A DNA stretch of 52,169 nucleotides. Origin: Candidatus Eiseniibacteriota bacterium (lineage in GTDB: Bacteria > Omnitrophota > Gorgyraeia > 2-02-FULL-51-18). Positions 1 to 11,100 of this stretch are shown one piece after another. Both the position numbers and the translations under genes were made by a program. The notes under the pieces were generated by a model. It was not told the origin of the DNA. It did not search any database and saw only the letters and a program-made list of their open reading frames with translations. The stretch spans positions 1-52,169 of the forward strand of contig DATJEK010000131.1 of the NCBI GenBank assembly GCA_035496715.1. Reading direction: 5' to 3'. Numbering within the stretch: position 1 is the first letter of the stretch; the number at the start of each line of letters is the position of its first letter.

Positions 1-851
1 GGGGCCTCGATCATCGATTCGAGCATCTGGGTGGCGACAATCACCGGCTTGCCCTGGCGTCGCGCCGCTTCGACGATGCGCTTTTGCAGCGGCGGGACTT
101 CTTCGGGGTTGAGTTCCACGCCGAGATCGCCCCGCGCGACCATGATCCCGTCCGACACCGCGAGGATGCCGTCGATGTTGCAGATGCCTTCGTGATTTTC
201 GATCTTGGCGATCACGCGGCAGCGCGACCGGCCGAGCCGCGAGCGGACCGCCTCGATGTCGCGCGCGTCGCGGACGAACGACTGGGCGACGTCGTCGACG
301 CCGTGCGCCAGGCCGAACGCGAGATCCTTCTCGTCCTTCTCCGTGAAGCCCTCGAAGCGGAGCCTCGCGCCGGGGATGTTGATGCCCTTGTGCTCCTTGA
401 GAAGTCCGGGGGTCAGCACCTGCGCCTTCAGGTAACCGGCGCCCTTGCCGATCACGGTGAGCGCGATGTTTCCGTCGTCGATGAACACGCGGCTTCCGAC
501 CGGGATGTCGTCCAGAAGCCCGTGATAGTCGAACGGGATCAGCCGCTCGTGGCCGGTGACGTCGCGATTCACGAGGTGGACGGTCTGCCGGCGGCGCAGA
601 TCGATGCCCCCGCTGGTGGCGAACCGCCCCACCCGGATGCGATAACCGGCGAGGTCCAGAAGGACGCGCACCCGCCGCCCCCGGCTGGCGGCCGCGCGCC
701 GCACGTCCAGGATCCGCCTGGCGTGCGCGGCGTGGGAACCGTGGGAGCAGTTGAGCCGCGCGACGTCCATGCCGGCGTCGATGAGACGCTTCAGCGTGTC
801 CTGCGTGGCCGAGGCGGGGCCCAGCGTGCAGATGATCTTCGTGCGCGGCAT
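1..851 (-). CDS. pyk: pyruvate kinase, N-terminal ~283 codons (gene runs off the left window edge)
   Basis: Absent from the ORF track because it is open at the edge. My translation from ATG 851-849 gives [57 protein letters not shown], which are canonical pyruvate kinase motifs. Confidence 0.9.
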   Translation of the reverse strand, partial: MPRTKIICTLGPASATQDTLKRLIDAGMDVARLNCSHGSHAAHARRILDVRRAAASRGRRVRVLLDLAGYRIRVGRFATSGGIDLRRRQTVHLVNRDVTGHERLIPFDYHGLLDDIPVGSRVFIDDGNIALTVIGKGAGYLKAQVLTPGLLKEHKGINIPGARLRFEGFTEKDEKDLAFGLAHGVDDVAQSFVRDARDIEAVRSRLGRSRCRVIAKIENHEGICNIDGILAVSDGIMVARGDLGVELNPEEVPPLQKRIVEAARRQGKPVIVATQMLESMIEA

Positions 852-854
852 CGG

Positions 855-1517
855 CTAAGTCCCCAGCCCCGCGCCCTTGCAGTCCTGGATGAATTCCTCG
901 GGGCTCGAGCCCGTGCGGATCCGCTGGCGATCGCCGTCCTTTCGCACGACGAGGAAGGTCGGATAGCCGGTGACTTCGAACTGCTTCATGAGGGCCGCTT
1001 CCTTGTCGCCGTTCAATTTCACTTTGGGGACGCCGTTCAGGTAGTCCTTCACCTTCGCCGAGTTCAGGATCTGCCGGTCGAACACCTTGCAGTACCCGCA
1101 CCAGGGCGCGGAAAAATAGAGCGCGATCGCCCGGCCCGGCGCGGCCGAAACGGCGGCGCGGTAGCCGGCCGCCCCCGAAAACCACTCGCGGGAAACGTGC
1201 GCCGGCGGAGCGGGGTCCGCGGCCGCGGCCGCGGCGGCCGGTTCGGGACGGTCGGCGCTCTCGACGCTGAAGGGTACGGCCGGCTCGTCCTCCGCCGGAC
1301 GCCCGTCCGCCTCGGCGGCCGAGCCGGCGAGGTCGGACTTGAAGATCACGTCTTCGACGCCGTCGGCGCGGCGGATGCGGTAAAAGGTGCTTTTCTCGCT
1401 CAGGACTTCGCCTTCGACACGGGTTCCGTCCTTGAGCGCGAAGCCGGCCGCGGAAGCCGGCGCGGCAAAGAAGAGGGCCGCCAGAACGAAAGCCGCGGCG
1501 GTCGCTTCTCTACGCAT
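855..1517 (-). CDS. secreted thioredoxin-fold protein (CxxC)
   Basis: ORF 855..1586. The likely start is ATG 1517 (MRREATAAAFVLAALFFAAPASA, signal-peptide-like). It has a WCGYC active-site motif followed by GYPTFLV, and the start overlaps the sulP-family stop by 8 nt. Confidence 0.75.
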   Translation of the reverse strand: MRREATAAAFVLAALFFAAPASAAGFALKDGTRVEGEVLSEKSTFYRIRRADGVEDVIFKSDLAGSAAEADGRPAEDEPAVPFSVESADRPEPAAAAAAADPAPPAHVSREWFSGAAGYRAAVSAAPGRAIALYFSAPWCGYCKVFDRQILNSAKVKDYLNGVPKVKLNGDKEAALMKQFEVTGYPTFLVVRKDGDRQRIRTGSSPEEFIQDCKGAGLGT

Positions 1518-3147
1518 GCGCGCTCTGGGCCTTGCGGACCGCCGTCGGGAGGCTGTCGGCGACGTTTTGGGGTCCCAGCTCGTCATACAGGCCGGATTCT
1601 TTCAGCGCGGCGAGCGGCTGGCCCTCCAGCCCGCTCAAGACGAGACGGACGCCGTTTTTGCGGCTCTTCCGGTTGAATTCGCGGAGCGCGTGCAGCCCTG
1701 TCGCGTCGATGAACGGCACTTCGGAGAGATCAAGAATTCTCGCGTGCGGCTTTTTCTCGATGAGACGCATCGTCTCCTCGAACTCGTGCGCGACGCCGAA
1801 GAAAAACGGCCCGTCGATGTGGTACACCTCCACGCCGCTGGGCCACTTCTGGGGCAGGGGCTCCTCGTCACCGGCCGCGTCGTCGGGCTTGAAGAGGCGG
1901 ATCCCGGACGCCTGGGTCATGCTGTGCATGAAAAGAAAGGCGGAGAGCACCATCCCGACCTCGATCGCGAGCGTCAGGTCGCAGAAGACGGTGAGAAGAA
2001 ACGTCACCAGGAGGACCGCGACGTCGCTCCTGGGGCCGCGCAGGAGCCCCGCGAACGATCGCCATTCGCTCATGTGATAAGAGACCACCGCGAGAATGCC
2101 CGCCAGGCAGGCCAGCGGGATGAGACGCGCCCACGCGCCGAAAAAGAAGATGATGGCCATCAGCGTCAGCGCGTGCACGAGGCCCGCGACCGGCGTGCGG
2201 CCGCCGTTTTTGACGTTCGTCGCCGTGCGGGCGATCGCCCCGGTGGCGGGGATGCCGCCGAAAAGCGAGGACGCGATGTTGGCGGTCCCCTGAGCGATCA
2301 GCTCCATGTTCGACCGGTGGCGCCCCCCGGTCATGCCGTCGGCGACGACGGCCGAAAGAAGCGACTCGATGCCGCCCAGGAGCGCGATCGTGAACGCGGG
2401 CTCCAGGAGCTTCGGCAGGTCCGCGAGGCGGATCGGCGGCAGGGACGGCGCGGGAAGCGTGTGCGGCAGGTCGCCGAAACGGGTGCCGATCGTGTCCGCC
2501 GGAAGGCCGAAATAGCGCACGAGCGCCGCGGCGGCCACGATCGCCACGAGAGAACCCGGCACGCGGTGCGTCAGGCGGCCCCAGAACGCGACCACGAGGA
2601 CCGTGCCCGCCGCGATCGCGGCGGACCAGGGGTTCACCGAATCCAAATGACCGAAATACAGCGCCCACTTCCCGACGAAATCGGCGGGCACGGCCCCGAC
2701 GTCGAGCCCGAGGAAATCCTTCACCTGGGAAGAGAGGATGATGACGGCGATGCCGCTCGTGAAACCCACGATCACGGGCCGGGGGACGAATTTGATGACG
2801 CTGCCGAGTCTCGCCAGCCCGAACCCGATGAGCATCGCGCCGGCCAGGAACGTCGCGACGAGGAGGCCCTCGGTCCCGAATTTCTGGACGACGCCGTAGA
2901 CGATCACGATGAAGGCGCCCGTCGGCCCCCCGATCTGGACCCGGCTGCCGCCCAGCGCGGAGATGAGGAACCCGCCCACGATGGCGGTGATGACCCCCTT
3001 TTCGGGCGACACGCCCGAGGCGATGCCGAACGCGATGGCCAGCGGCAGCGCGACCACGCCCACGATGACGCCCGCGACCAGATCGGAGAGGAAGGCCTCG
3101 CGGGTGTACCCTTTCAGGGTGGTCAGAAGCTTGGGCTTGAGCGGCAT
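1510..3147 (-). CDS. SulP-family anion transporter with C-terminal STAS domain
   Basis: 545 aa. The N-terminus LKGYTREAFLSDLVAGVIVGVVALPLAIAFGIASG and a multi-TM body are typical of SulP. The C-terminal ~120 aa (ILDLSEVPFIDATGLHAL) is STAS-like. Confidence 0.85.
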   Translation of the reverse strand: MPLKPKLLTTLKGYTREAFLSDLVAGVIVGVVALPLAIAFGIASGVSPEKGVITAIVGGFLISALGGSRVQIGGPTGAFIVIVYGVVQKFGTEGLLVATFLAGAMLIGFGLARLGSVIKFVPRPVIVGFTSGIAVIILSSQVKDFLGLDVGAVPADFVGKWALYFGHLDSVNPWSAAIAAGTVLVVAFWGRLTHRVPGSLVAIVAAAALVRYFGLPADTIGTRFGDLPHTLPAPSLPPIRLADLPKLLEPAFTIALLGGIESLLSAVVADGMTGGRHRSNMELIAQGTANIASSLFGGIPATGAIARTATNVKNGGRTPVAGLVHALTLMAIIFFFGAWARLIPLACLAGILAVVSYHMSEWRSFAGLLRGPRSDVAVLLVTFLLTVFCDLTLAIEVGMVLSAFLFMHSMTQASGIRLFKPDDAAGDEEPLPQKWPSGVEVYHIDGPFFFGVAHEFEETMRLIEKKPHARILDLSEVPFIDATGLHALREFNRKSRKNGVRLVLSGLEGQPLAALKESGLYDELGPQNVADSLPTAVRKAQSAHA

Positions 3148-3148
3148 G

Positions 3149-3424
3149 TCAGCGCGCCTCGGGGTTGTCGGCGCCGAGCTGGATCGCCTCGCGGTGCTGG
3201 CGGGCGGCCCAGCCGTCTCCGGCCCGGGGGGACGGAATCGAGGCCGGCTCGAGGACGCCGCCGAGGCGGAGCGCCTCCTTGTACTCGGCGATGGCTTCCT
3301 GCAGGCGTCCCTCTCGGCGGTAGCCGTCCCCGCGGGCGGCGTGGGCCGACGCCTCGTCCTCGGAAAAAGCGGAAGGAGCGCAAAAGATTGTCAAACAAGC
3401 CGCCAGGAACAGCGCGTTTCGCAT
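3149..3424 (-). CDS. small secreted protein, single TPR-like helix pair
   Basis: 91 aa with N-terminal signal-like MRNALFLAACLTIFCAPSAFS. YRREGRLQEAIAEYKEALRL resembles a TPR unit. It ends 2 nt before the transporter start. Confidence 0.4.
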   Translation of the reverse strand: MRNALFLAACLTIFCAPSAFSEDEASAHAARGDGYRREGRLQEAIAEYKEALRLGGVLEPASIPSPRAGDGWAARQHREAIQLGADNPEAR

Positions 3425-3457
3425 GGATGGATTATACCACCCGGCCGCCGGGCGCCT

Positions 3458-4399
3458 CTAGAGCGCCGTGAGGAAGGAGATGATGCGGCCGGCGTCGTCT
3501 TTTTCGCCGCGGTAGGAGTGATAATGCCGGTTCTGGGCCAGCGTGCAGATCTTCGACTCGAGGATCTGGGCGGCGGGCACGCCGGCTTCGATGAGCTGGC
3601 GCCGGTTTTCGCCCGCCAGATCGAAGTAGAGCTTCCCTTCGCTGCGCACGAGGGCCGAGGCGGGAAAATAGCCGGCGAACTCCTCGCCCACTTCGTAAGC
3701 CTGGGGGCCGATGCAGGGCCCGAACGCCGCGTGAATCGAGCCCGGAGGAAGTCCGGAACGCTCGGCCAGAAGACGCGCGCCTTTACCGGCGATGCCCTCG
3801 CGCGTGCCGCGCCATCCGGCGTGCAGGAGGCCCACCCATTGGGCGGTGGAGCGCTTGACGTCCTTTTGGACGGCGCAGAGAAAGACCGGCAGGCAGTCGG
3901 CGGACAGCACCAGAAGGGTCAGGCGCCGGATGTTCGTGATGACGCCGTCGGACTTGAGCTGGTGATAAAAACCGGCGCGATCGTAGAGCTTCGGGTCCTC
4001 GAGCACGGCCACGTTCGAGCCGTGCACCTGGTTGAGGAACACGAAACGGCCGGCCGAGGCCTTTTCACGCCCCAGGACGACCTGGCTCTTCCAGAGGAAA
4101 CGCTTGAACGCTTCCTGGTTCGAAAGGTCCAGGAGGTCGTCCGTTTTTTTGAGGAGCAGCGGGAATCGCTTGGTCGTGAAGCCCGCATGGGCGGAGAACG
4201 GCTGCCATTCGGTCCAGTGAAACGTCTCGTCGCGCAGGAACGTCCGCCCCGCCCACCGCCGAAGGCGCACCGCGTGGCGCGGGGCCACGATCGTCAGGCC
4301 GATGAAAATGATCGGGATCCCCGGCCCGGGCAGGACGAGGAGCGCCGTGCCGACGACGATGCAGACGACGCCGACCGGATACAGCAGGATCTTCTTCAA
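3458..4399 (-). CDS. pgeF: PgeF/YfiH (DUF152) family purine-nucleoside phosphorylase/laccase-domain protein with N-terminal TM extension
   Basis: The C-terminal 250 aa (QVHGSNV..SADCLPV..LLHAGWRGT..GPCIGPQAYEVG..HYHSYRG) carries the YfiH His/Cys/His signature. The start is uncertain: TTG 4399 gives MKKILLYPVGVV and a TTGA overlap with the upstream stop, while the alternative ATG 4465 would overlap that gene by 70 nt. Confidence 0.75.
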   Translation of the reverse strand: MKKILLYPVGVVCIVVGTALLVLPGPGIPIIFIGLTIVAPRHAVRLRRWAGRTFLRDETFHWTEWQPFSAHAGFTTKRFPLLLKKTDDLLDLSNQEAFKRFLWKSQVVLGREKASAGRFVFLNQVHGSNVAVLEDPKLYDRAGFYHQLKSDGVITNIRRLTLLVLSADCLPVFLCAVQKDVKRSTAQWVGLLHAGWRGTREGIAGKGARLLAERSGLPPGSIHAAFGPCIGPQAYEVGEEFAGYFPASALVRSEGKLYFDLAGENRRQLIEAGVPAAQILESKICTLAQNRHYHSYRGEKDDAGRIISFLTAL

Positions 4400-5022
4400 G
4401 AGACCGGGATCGGCAGGTCGAGCAAGGGATAGGACTTGGCGGCCGCGTCGTCGAAGTGCCACCATTCCGTGGTGAGGCCGTGAAAGCCCTCCCTTTCCAT
4501 CTCCGACTGGAGGAGCGCGCGGTTCTCGCGCTCGGCCTCGGTTCCGCCCGCGTAGTCGCGGTGCGCGCGCTCGGAGAACTCGTCGTAGGCGGATGGCATC
4601 GGCAGCTCGTTCCCCTTTCCGTCGACGAGCGTCAGGTCCACGGCCGCGCCGCGGTTGTGGTTGTAGCCCTTGGCCGGGTTCGCGACGTAGCCTTCGACCG
4701 GGAATCGCGCCCACATTTTTTTCTGCACCGAAAGCGGGCGGTATCCGTCGAAGATCTTGAGGCCCAGTCCGCGCGCTTCGAGACGGTCCTGGACGCGCGC
4801 GAGCTTGGCCGCCACTTCGCGCCGGACCAGGCAGCGCGCCGCCGGATAGAGGCGCTCCTTCATGAAATTGTTCTCCGTCGCGTACCGCACGTCGATGCGG
4901 ATGCGCGGGTGGACCGACTGGATGTCGACCAACGGGTTTTCCTCGGCTGAAGCGACCGGCCCCTGCAGGGCGAGTACGAGTGCCGCGGCCAGCGCCGCGG
5001 CACCGCGGACGGTTTTTTTCAA
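4396..5022 (-). CDS. ddpX: D-alanyl-D-alanine dipeptidase (peptidase M15D, VanX/DdpX-like), secreted
   Basis: 208 aa with a TTG start and signal-like AAALAAALVLALQGPVASA. It has the motifs YRPLSVQ, NHNRGAAVDLTL and EWWHF. Confidence 0.8.
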   Translation of the reverse strand: MKKTVRGAAALAAALVLALQGPVASAEENPLVDIQSVHPRIRIDVRYATENNFMKERLYPAARCLVRREVAAKLARVQDRLEARGLGLKIFDGYRPLSVQKKMWARFPVEGYVANPAKGYNHNRGAAVDLTLVDGKGNELPMPSAYDEFSERAHRDYAGGTEAERENRALLQSEMEREGFHGLTTEWWHFDDAAAKSYPLLDLPIPVS

Positions 5023-5035
5023 GATCCCGGAGAGT

Positions 5036-5371
5036 TTATTTCTGGGCGGAGGCCTGGCGTTCCTTGTAGCGGCGGTCCTGCTCCGCGAAGAAGGGCACGG
5101 GGTTCAAATTGCGCAGGAACGAGCCGGCGCGGCTGCCGGTGTTGCCCAGCCCCGAGCGCTCACCCTCGTTCTTCCAGAATTTCGACATCTTGCTCTCCTC
5201 TCCGGCCGGCTTCTTCGTGCGCTCGGCCTCGGGGCCGCGCGCGCGGCGCTCCTCGATGAGCTGGGCGCGGTGCGCCTGACGCGCGGCGTCGGGACCGACG
5301 GCGGTCTGCGCGGCGAAAGCGGGAACGGCCAGGAAACTGACGAGAATCGCGAACGTGACGGATTTGTTCAT
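5036..5371 (-). CDS. hypothetical small secreted protein
   Basis: 111 aa with signal-like MNKSVTFAILVSFLAVPAFA and a charged, low-complexity remainder. I recognise no family motif. Confidence 0.4.
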   Translation of the reverse strand: MNKSVTFAILVSFLAVPAFAAQTAVGPDAARQAHRAQLIEERRARGPEAERTKKPAGEESKMSKFWKNEGERSGLGNTGSRAGSFLRNLNPVPFFAEQDRRYKERQASAQK

Positions 5372-5415
5372 GTGGGATCTCCGATTAGTGGATCGTTATG
5401 GATGAATTCGAGCGG

Positions 5416-5727
5416 TTATTTGAAAAAATCCCGGGCCTGCTGCCTTCCGGTGATTTCCCGGTAATCCTCGTAGTCGATGAACGTCAGGTCGGGCCGGCGT
5501 TCCTTGATGCGCTTGACCGTCGAGCCGCGCGCTCCGTCGAGCTTCCCGGTCAGCCGCGACGCGATGAAGCGGAACGGCGTGCGGCACTGGGGGCATTCCT
5601 TGGCCTGCGTGTAGTCGATGCCGAGCTCGCGGCAGTTCTGGCAGTCGGCCGTGATGTCCCCCACGATGAGCAGGTGCTTCGTCAGCTCGTCGGGGACGCA
5701 CGCCTGCCAGACGCGGATGTACGGCAC
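5416..5727 (-). CDS. hypothetical protein with CxxC..CxxC zinc-ribbon-like pair
   Basis: 103 aa with CQNC and CPQC 15 residues apart. It is tightly packed between its neighbours. Confidence 0.4.
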   Translation of the reverse strand: MPYIRVWQACVPDELTKHLLIVGDITADCQNCRELGIDYTQAKECPQCRTPFRFIASRLTGKLDGARGSTVKRIKERRPDLTFIDYEDYREITGRQQARDFFK

Positions 5728-5730
5728 GGC

Positions 5731-6339
5731 CTAGAACAGGCTCGTCGGAAAGGCGTTGGTCTCCTTCTTCTCCTTGAGCTCGCGCATCGCGTTCCCCCAC
5801 TGGACGGGCACTTCGTGCGTCTGGTAGTCGCGGTTGGAGATGAAAGAGATCTTGCCGTTTTTCAAGCCGTATTCGTAAACTTCCTTCGTCAGACGGACGT
5901 CGTCGATGCAGTATTTCTTCAACTCGTCCATGCGCCCTTCCCTGAAAAGCTTGATCGCGTCCCAGCCCGAACCCGACTTCGAGGAGTTGAGCGTCGCCTG
6001 GACGACGCTCTGCAGGCTGATCCGGTGCCCGCGCGCCTTCTCGAACTCGACGAGGAGGTCGAGCACCGGCAGGTTCTTCACCGGCGTGATGAGATAGGGC
6101 GCGATCACTTCCATGTCGAAGTCGCGGATGTTGAAACCGATGATGAGATCCGCCGCCTTCAGGATCTCCTCGAGTTTCAGCATCTGGTGTTCCTCGAAAG
6201 AAAGGTACGAATCGGTCTTCGAGTCGTAGATGCAGACGACCGAGACCTTGAGGAGGTGGAGCTTCTTGCGGTCGACCTCGTTGAATCCTTTCTGGGTCTC
6301 GACGTCGAGCACCACCCAGCGGCCGGGATTTTCGGTCAT
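5731..6339 (-). CDS. DEDD-type 3'-5' exonuclease fold protein (RNase H-like)
   Basis: 202 aa. LDVET (Exo I), GFNIRDFD (Exo II) and YCIDDV (Exo III) appear in the right order. The start shares an ATGA overlap with the ilvD stop. Confidence 0.6.
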   Translation of the reverse strand: MTENPGRWVVLDVETQKGFNEVDRKKLHLLKVSVVCIYDSKTDSYLSFEEHQMLKLEEILKAADLIIGFNIRDFDMEVIAPYLITPVKNLPVLDLLVEFEKARGHRISLQSVVQATLNSSKSGSGWDAIKLFREGRMDELKKYCIDDVRLTKEVYEYGLKNGKISFISNRDYQTHEVPVQWGNAMRELKEKKETNAFPTSLF

Positions 6340-8036
6340 CCGCTTCTTCCGACGGGCTCAGCCGACGTGACCGCGCCGTGGGCGGCGGACGAGACGAGCT
6401 TCGAATATTTGGCCAGGACGCCCGTCGACTTCGGCAGCCGCGGCCGGAACGACTTGAGGCGGCGGCGCAGCTCGGCCGCCGGGATCTCGAGCGTCATCGT
6501 GAGCTTCTTGGCGTCGATGAAAATGGGGTCCCCGTTTTTCACGACGCCGATCGGGCCGCCGCTGGCCGCTTCGGGCGCCACGTGGCCCACGACGAAGCCG
6601 TGCGAACCGCCGGAGAAACGGCCGTCGGTGATGAGCGCGACCGAGTCCGCCAGCCCCGCGCCGACGAGGGCGCCCGTCACCGAGAGCATCTCGCGCATGC
6701 CGGGTCCGCCCTTGGGCCCCTCGTAGCGGATGATGAGGACGTCGCCCGCCTTGATCTTTTTGGCGAGGATCGCGTCGAGCGCGGCCACTTCGCCCTCGAA
6801 AACGCGCGCCGGGCCGCGATGGGTGAACACCTTGAGCCCGCCGATCTTGGCCACCGCCCCCTCCGGCGCGAGGTTGCCGCGGAGGACCACCATGGGGCCC
6901 GTCGGATACATCGGGTCCGAAAGCGGCCGGACGAGGTCGGCGTCGGAGAAAGCCTTCACGTCGCGCAGGTTCTCCGCGACCGTGCGGCCCGTGACCGTCA
7001 GGAGACCGCCGTGGAGCAGCTTGGCGTCGAGCAGGAGCTTCATGACCGCCGGGATGCCGCCGCCGCGGTTCAGGTCGGACATCACGTAGCGGCCGCTCGG
7101 CTTCAGGTTCGCCAGATGGGGCACGCGCTTCGAAATGCGGTTGAATTCCTCGAGCTCGAGCGGAACGCGCGCCTCGCGCGCGATCGCCATGAGGTGGAGG
7201 ACGGCGTTGGTGGACCCGCCGAGCGCCATGACGAGCGCGATCGCGTTCTCGAACGCCTTTTTGACGAGAATTTTGCGCGGCGTGATCCGCTTCCTGACGA
7301 GCTCGATGAGCGCCCGGCCGGCGAGGCGCGTGTCGTCGCGCTTTTCTGCGCTCTCCGCGTCGCGCGACGAGCTGAACGGCAGGCTCATGCCCAGCGCCTC
7401 GATGGCCGAGGCCATCGTGTTGGCGGTGTACATGCCGCCGCAGGAACCGGCGCCGGGGCAGGCGTGGCACTCGATCGCCCGGAACTGTTCGCGGGTGATC
7501 TTGCCGGTGCCGAACGCGCCGACCGCTTCGAAAATGCTCACGATGTCGACATCCTTGCCGTCGACCCGGCCGGGCTTGATGGTGCCGCCGTAGACGAAAA
7601 TGGAGGGGACGTCGATCCGCGCCATCGCCATGAGGGCGCCCGGCATGTTCTTGTCGCAGCCGCCGATCGCGAGGATCCCGTCGAATCGCTGGGCGTTGGT
7701 GACGACCTCGATCGAATCGGCGATGACTTCGCGCGAGACGAGCGAATATTTCATGCCTTCGGTGCCCATCGAGATGCCGTCGGACACCGTGATCGTGCCG
7801 AACGTGAGCGGGACGCCGCCGGCGAGGCGGATGCCCTCCTGCGCCGCGGCGGCGAGCCGGTCGATGTGCATGTTGCAGGGGGTGAGGTCGCTCCAGGCGC
7901 TCGCGACGCCGAGAATGGGCTTCTGGAAGTCCTCGTCCTTGAACCCGACGGCGCGGAGCATCGCCCGGCCGGGGGCGCGTTTGTCGCCGGCGGTGATCTC
8001 GGAGCTTCTCTGGTTCAGGCGGTGAGCGGGGGGCAT
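6336..8036 (-). CDS. ilvD: dihydroxy-acid dehydratase
   Basis: [52 protein letters not shown] are all present. The likely start is ATG 8036, with GGAG 6-7 nt upstream. The ORF track extends to 8087. Confidence 0.92.
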   Translation of the reverse strand: MPPAHRLNQRSSEITAGDKRAPGRAMLRAVGFKDEDFQKPILGVASAWSDLTPCNMHIDRLAAAAQEGIRLAGGVPLTFGTITVSDGISMGTEGMKYSLVSREVIADSIEVVTNAQRFDGILAIGGCDKNMPGALMAMARIDVPSIFVYGGTIKPGRVDGKDVDIVSIFEAVGAFGTGKITREQFRAIECHACPGAGSCGGMYTANTMASAIEALGMSLPFSSSRDAESAEKRDDTRLAGRALIELVRKRITPRKILVKKAFENAIALVMALGGSTNAVLHLMAIAREARVPLELEEFNRISKRVPHLANLKPSGRYVMSDLNRGGGIPAVMKLLLDAKLLHGGLLTVTGRTVAENLRDVKAFSDADLVRPLSDPMYPTGPMVVLRGNLAPEGAVAKIGGLKVFTHRGPARVFEGEVAALDAILAKKIKAGDVLIIRYEGPKGGPGMREMLSVTGALVGAGLADSVALITDGRFSGGSHGFVVGHVAPEAASGGPIGVVKNGDPIFIDAKKLTMTLEIPAAELRRRLKSFRPRLPKSTGVLAKYSKLVSSAAHGAVTSAEPVGRSG

Positions 8037-8145
8037 CGCTTCTCCATTAAGGAAAGTGATTATAACACGGTCAACCCCGATGCCCAAAAAGAAACCCCGG
8101 CAGCTTGTGGCCGCCGGGGTTCCTCCCCCACTCGTCCGAAATCGG

Positions 8146-11100
8146 TTATGCCGCGACGCCCACCGCCCTGAGCATGTGCTCCGCCGTCGAGATCAGCAGG
8201 TTCACCGGGATGCGCCGGATCACCGGCAGGAGGAACCGGTAGCTGACGAGCTCCTTCTGACCGGCGAGGCCGCTGAAGATGCGCACGAGGACCTCGGGTC
8301 CCTGCGGCGGATTTTCGGCGCGCGTTTTGTAGTATTGGAAAAGACCTTCGGGGAATTTGCCGGTCTCGACTTCCGCGTAACGGATGGTGTTCCGGGACGC
8401 GTCGAAGTAGCCCGAGAAGAAGCTTCCGGCCGCGGAAGCCGTGTCGAAAAGCTCGCTCCAGCCGTACAGCGCCTCGTCGTCGAACCCGCCGACCGGCAGG
8501 TGGATGGTCCTCGCGTCGCCCCGCGCGGCCGCCCGTCCGTCCGAAGGATCGAACATCTTCACGACGACCCCCTGGAAATCGGCCCCGGCGGCTCCCTCGC
8601 GGATGAACGCGCCGTCGCGGATCGCCGAAACCGCCTGGAGGGCCGTCGCGCGCACGATCGAGCGGCGGGCTTCCGTCAGCTTGTCGAGGCCGACGAGGAA
8701 GAACGTCGTCCCTTTGCGGTAGCGCGGATTTTCGTGCTTCTTGGCGATCTGCGCGAACAGAAGCTGCGTCTGCGCCTTGAACTCGGCGGTATCGGCGATG
8801 GCGTTCATCGCGTCCACCGGCACTTCGAGCCCCAGCGGCGCGGCCGGCTCCTTGATCTCGGCGAGCGAGACCTGCGCGCGCATGGCGGCGGCCGCCAGAA
8901 GCGCCAGCGCCCCCTGCGTCGTCAGGCGGTCGCGGTCCGCTTCCTTGAACCGATCGTGGAGCCTCTGCAGCTCGCCGCGCGCGTCCGCGATGGAAAGCAG
9001 GGCGCGGTCATCGCCGCGGGCGAAGAGCTCGACCTGTCCCGCCGGTCCCTGCCGGATCGAGAAGACGGCCGAGACTTCGCGGCTCAGGCGCAGCGCGAGC
9101 TCGCTCCGCGAGGTCTTCAGCTCCTGCGCGCGGAAGACCTCCAGCACGAAAGCCGTGAGCGCCAGCGTGTCGGGTTCCGAAAACTTTCCGAGCGCGTCCT
9201 CCGCCAGGCGGGCGCCCGCCGGCCCGGGTTTCTTTTCCCCTTCCTTCTTTTTCTCTTCCCTCGTTTTCTCCGCCGACGCGAGGCCCGCGATCAGGAAAGC
9301 GCCCGCGAAGAGATCCTCGCGCGCGTCGACGTCGATCGACGTGAAATCGAGGCCGTTGAAAAGATCGGTCGCCGCCAAAAGCCGGTCCGTCGCGAAAACG
9401 TCGGCCGCGGGGACGAGCCTCAGCGCGCGGAGGATCCGGCGGATCTGTTCGGAAAGCTTCTCCTGGGCCTGCCGCGGGCCGGTGACGGGACGGCCGTCCA
9501 CGCGGACCACGTTGCCGGACGCGTCGAGCTCGACCGAGGCGATCAGGCGGCCGTTCAGGCGCGCTTCGATCTGCGTGTTGCCCTCGACGGTCCTTCCGGA
9601 GGAAAATTCGACGCCGGGGCTGGCGAGGAGCCGCGCGATGAGCCCCGAGAGCTCGGGGGAAGCCTGGCGCCAGAGCGCCGCGAAAGCGGCTTCGGGACGG
9701 ATCTCGCCCGACCCTCCGGAAAACGCATCGGGCGCGCGCAAGGGGCGCGGCGTCCCGGCGAGCTCGGCGAAAATCCGCGCTCGCGCGTCGGGGGCGGCGG
9801 GAACCTGGATCGGCGGGAAATCGATCACCCGCCCGGACGCGAAAAACGAGCCGCTCAGCGCGCCCTGGAGCGGCGCGGGGCCCATTGCGGCGGGCGTCTT
9901 CGCCGGCTCTTTGGCCGGGGGCGTCTGCGGTTTCTCGGCCGACGGCGTCTGAGGTTTCTCCGTGGGAGCCGGTTTGTCGTGCGGCGCGGGAGGCAGCGGC
10001 CTCGTCGCCTCGGCGCGCCGGATCATGTCGCCGACGCTCGAGAGAAACGATTCCAGGATCGCCCGGCGGCCGGGATCCGTCTCGTTCGGGAGCGCCGCCT
10101 CGCCGACCGGAGGAAGACGGCGCATGATCTCGAAATACTCGGCGCGCGTGGTGCGCGGATCGTAGGTGTAGGTCCCCCCGAGGCTCTGCCCGCGGACCGT
10201 ATTGAGATCGAGATCCAGCGTGTAGATGTCGATGCCGGTCGAGGTCCGGCCGTAACCGGAAATCAGCGTGATCACGTTGCCCTGGCGGTCGAGCTTGAAA
10301 CCCGGGAAGACCGCGCTGTAGGACGACGGCAGAGGGGTTTCCCGTTCGAACGCGAACGTGCGCGTCGTTTCCGGCCCGAGCTGGTAACCGGCCGTCACGG
10401 TGCGGTAGGTCAGCGTCAGCGAGCGCGCGTCCAGACGCACGATCCGGACGATCTGGATGTCGGAGCCGACGGCCGCGGCGACGTCCACTTTCACCCGGCC
10501 GGTGGCGGCCTCGAGGACGACCGCGTTGTCGCGTTCGGCGGCCGCGAGCGGGCTGTTGAACGCGCTCGTCACGAGGACGTGCTTCCTGCCCGGCGCGAAC
10601 TGCGCGGCCTGCGCGCGGTCGAGCGCCGCCGACAGCGCCGGAGGGATGTCCTGATAACGGTTCAGCGCCGTGCGGGTGACCGCGCCGGTCGCCGTGTCGC
10701 GGAGCGCGATGTTTTCCGTGATGAAGGGATAGGTCGCGGTGCCCGGCTCCTTGACTTTCTCGAGGATGACCTGGGTCGAGCCGGAAACCGCCAGCACCTT
10801 GCCGGCCGCCCCGACGAACGTGAACGTGTCGGTGCGCGGCGCGGTCCCGTTGGGATTGAGGATCGTCGCCGCCTGGTACGAGAGGACGACGGAATCGTTG
10901 CGGAGCTCCGTCACCTGCCGGCTCTTGATTCCGAAGAGATCGAAGTCGGCGACCTTCGCGCCGTTTTGAGCGTTCAGCACGAGGAAGTGCGCGCTCTGCG
11001 GAGCCGGCGCGTTTTCGTTCCGGTCGAACGCCGCGGTCAGGAATCTGCCGTCCGGCGTGAAGCGAATGCCGCCGGGCTGAACGAACGCGGGGAAATAGAC

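Noticed and set aside
360-371. GARL tetrapeptide also occurs in pyruvate kinase ([11 protein letters not shown], 360-371) and in PgeF (GKGARLLAE, 3770-3781)
   Set aside because: These are background hits. They are followed by R or L rather than A/S/G, and they lie inside the folded cores of single-domain enzymes. They show that GARL alone can occur by chance, which is why the enrichment claim needs a formal shuffle test.
84-3471. Plus-strand ORFs 84..1676 (530 aa) and 1387..3471 (694 aa)
   Set aside because: They are antisense to pyk, the thioredoxin-fold gene and the SulP transporter. They show the same low-complexity Arg/Gly/Asp composition and no motifs.
6358-8171. ORFs 6378..8171 (+, 597 aa) and 6358..7470 (-, 370 aa) overlapping ilvD
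   Set aside because: These are antisense or out-of-frame shadows of a textbook IlvD reading frame, with Arg/Pro/Gly-rich nonsense composition.
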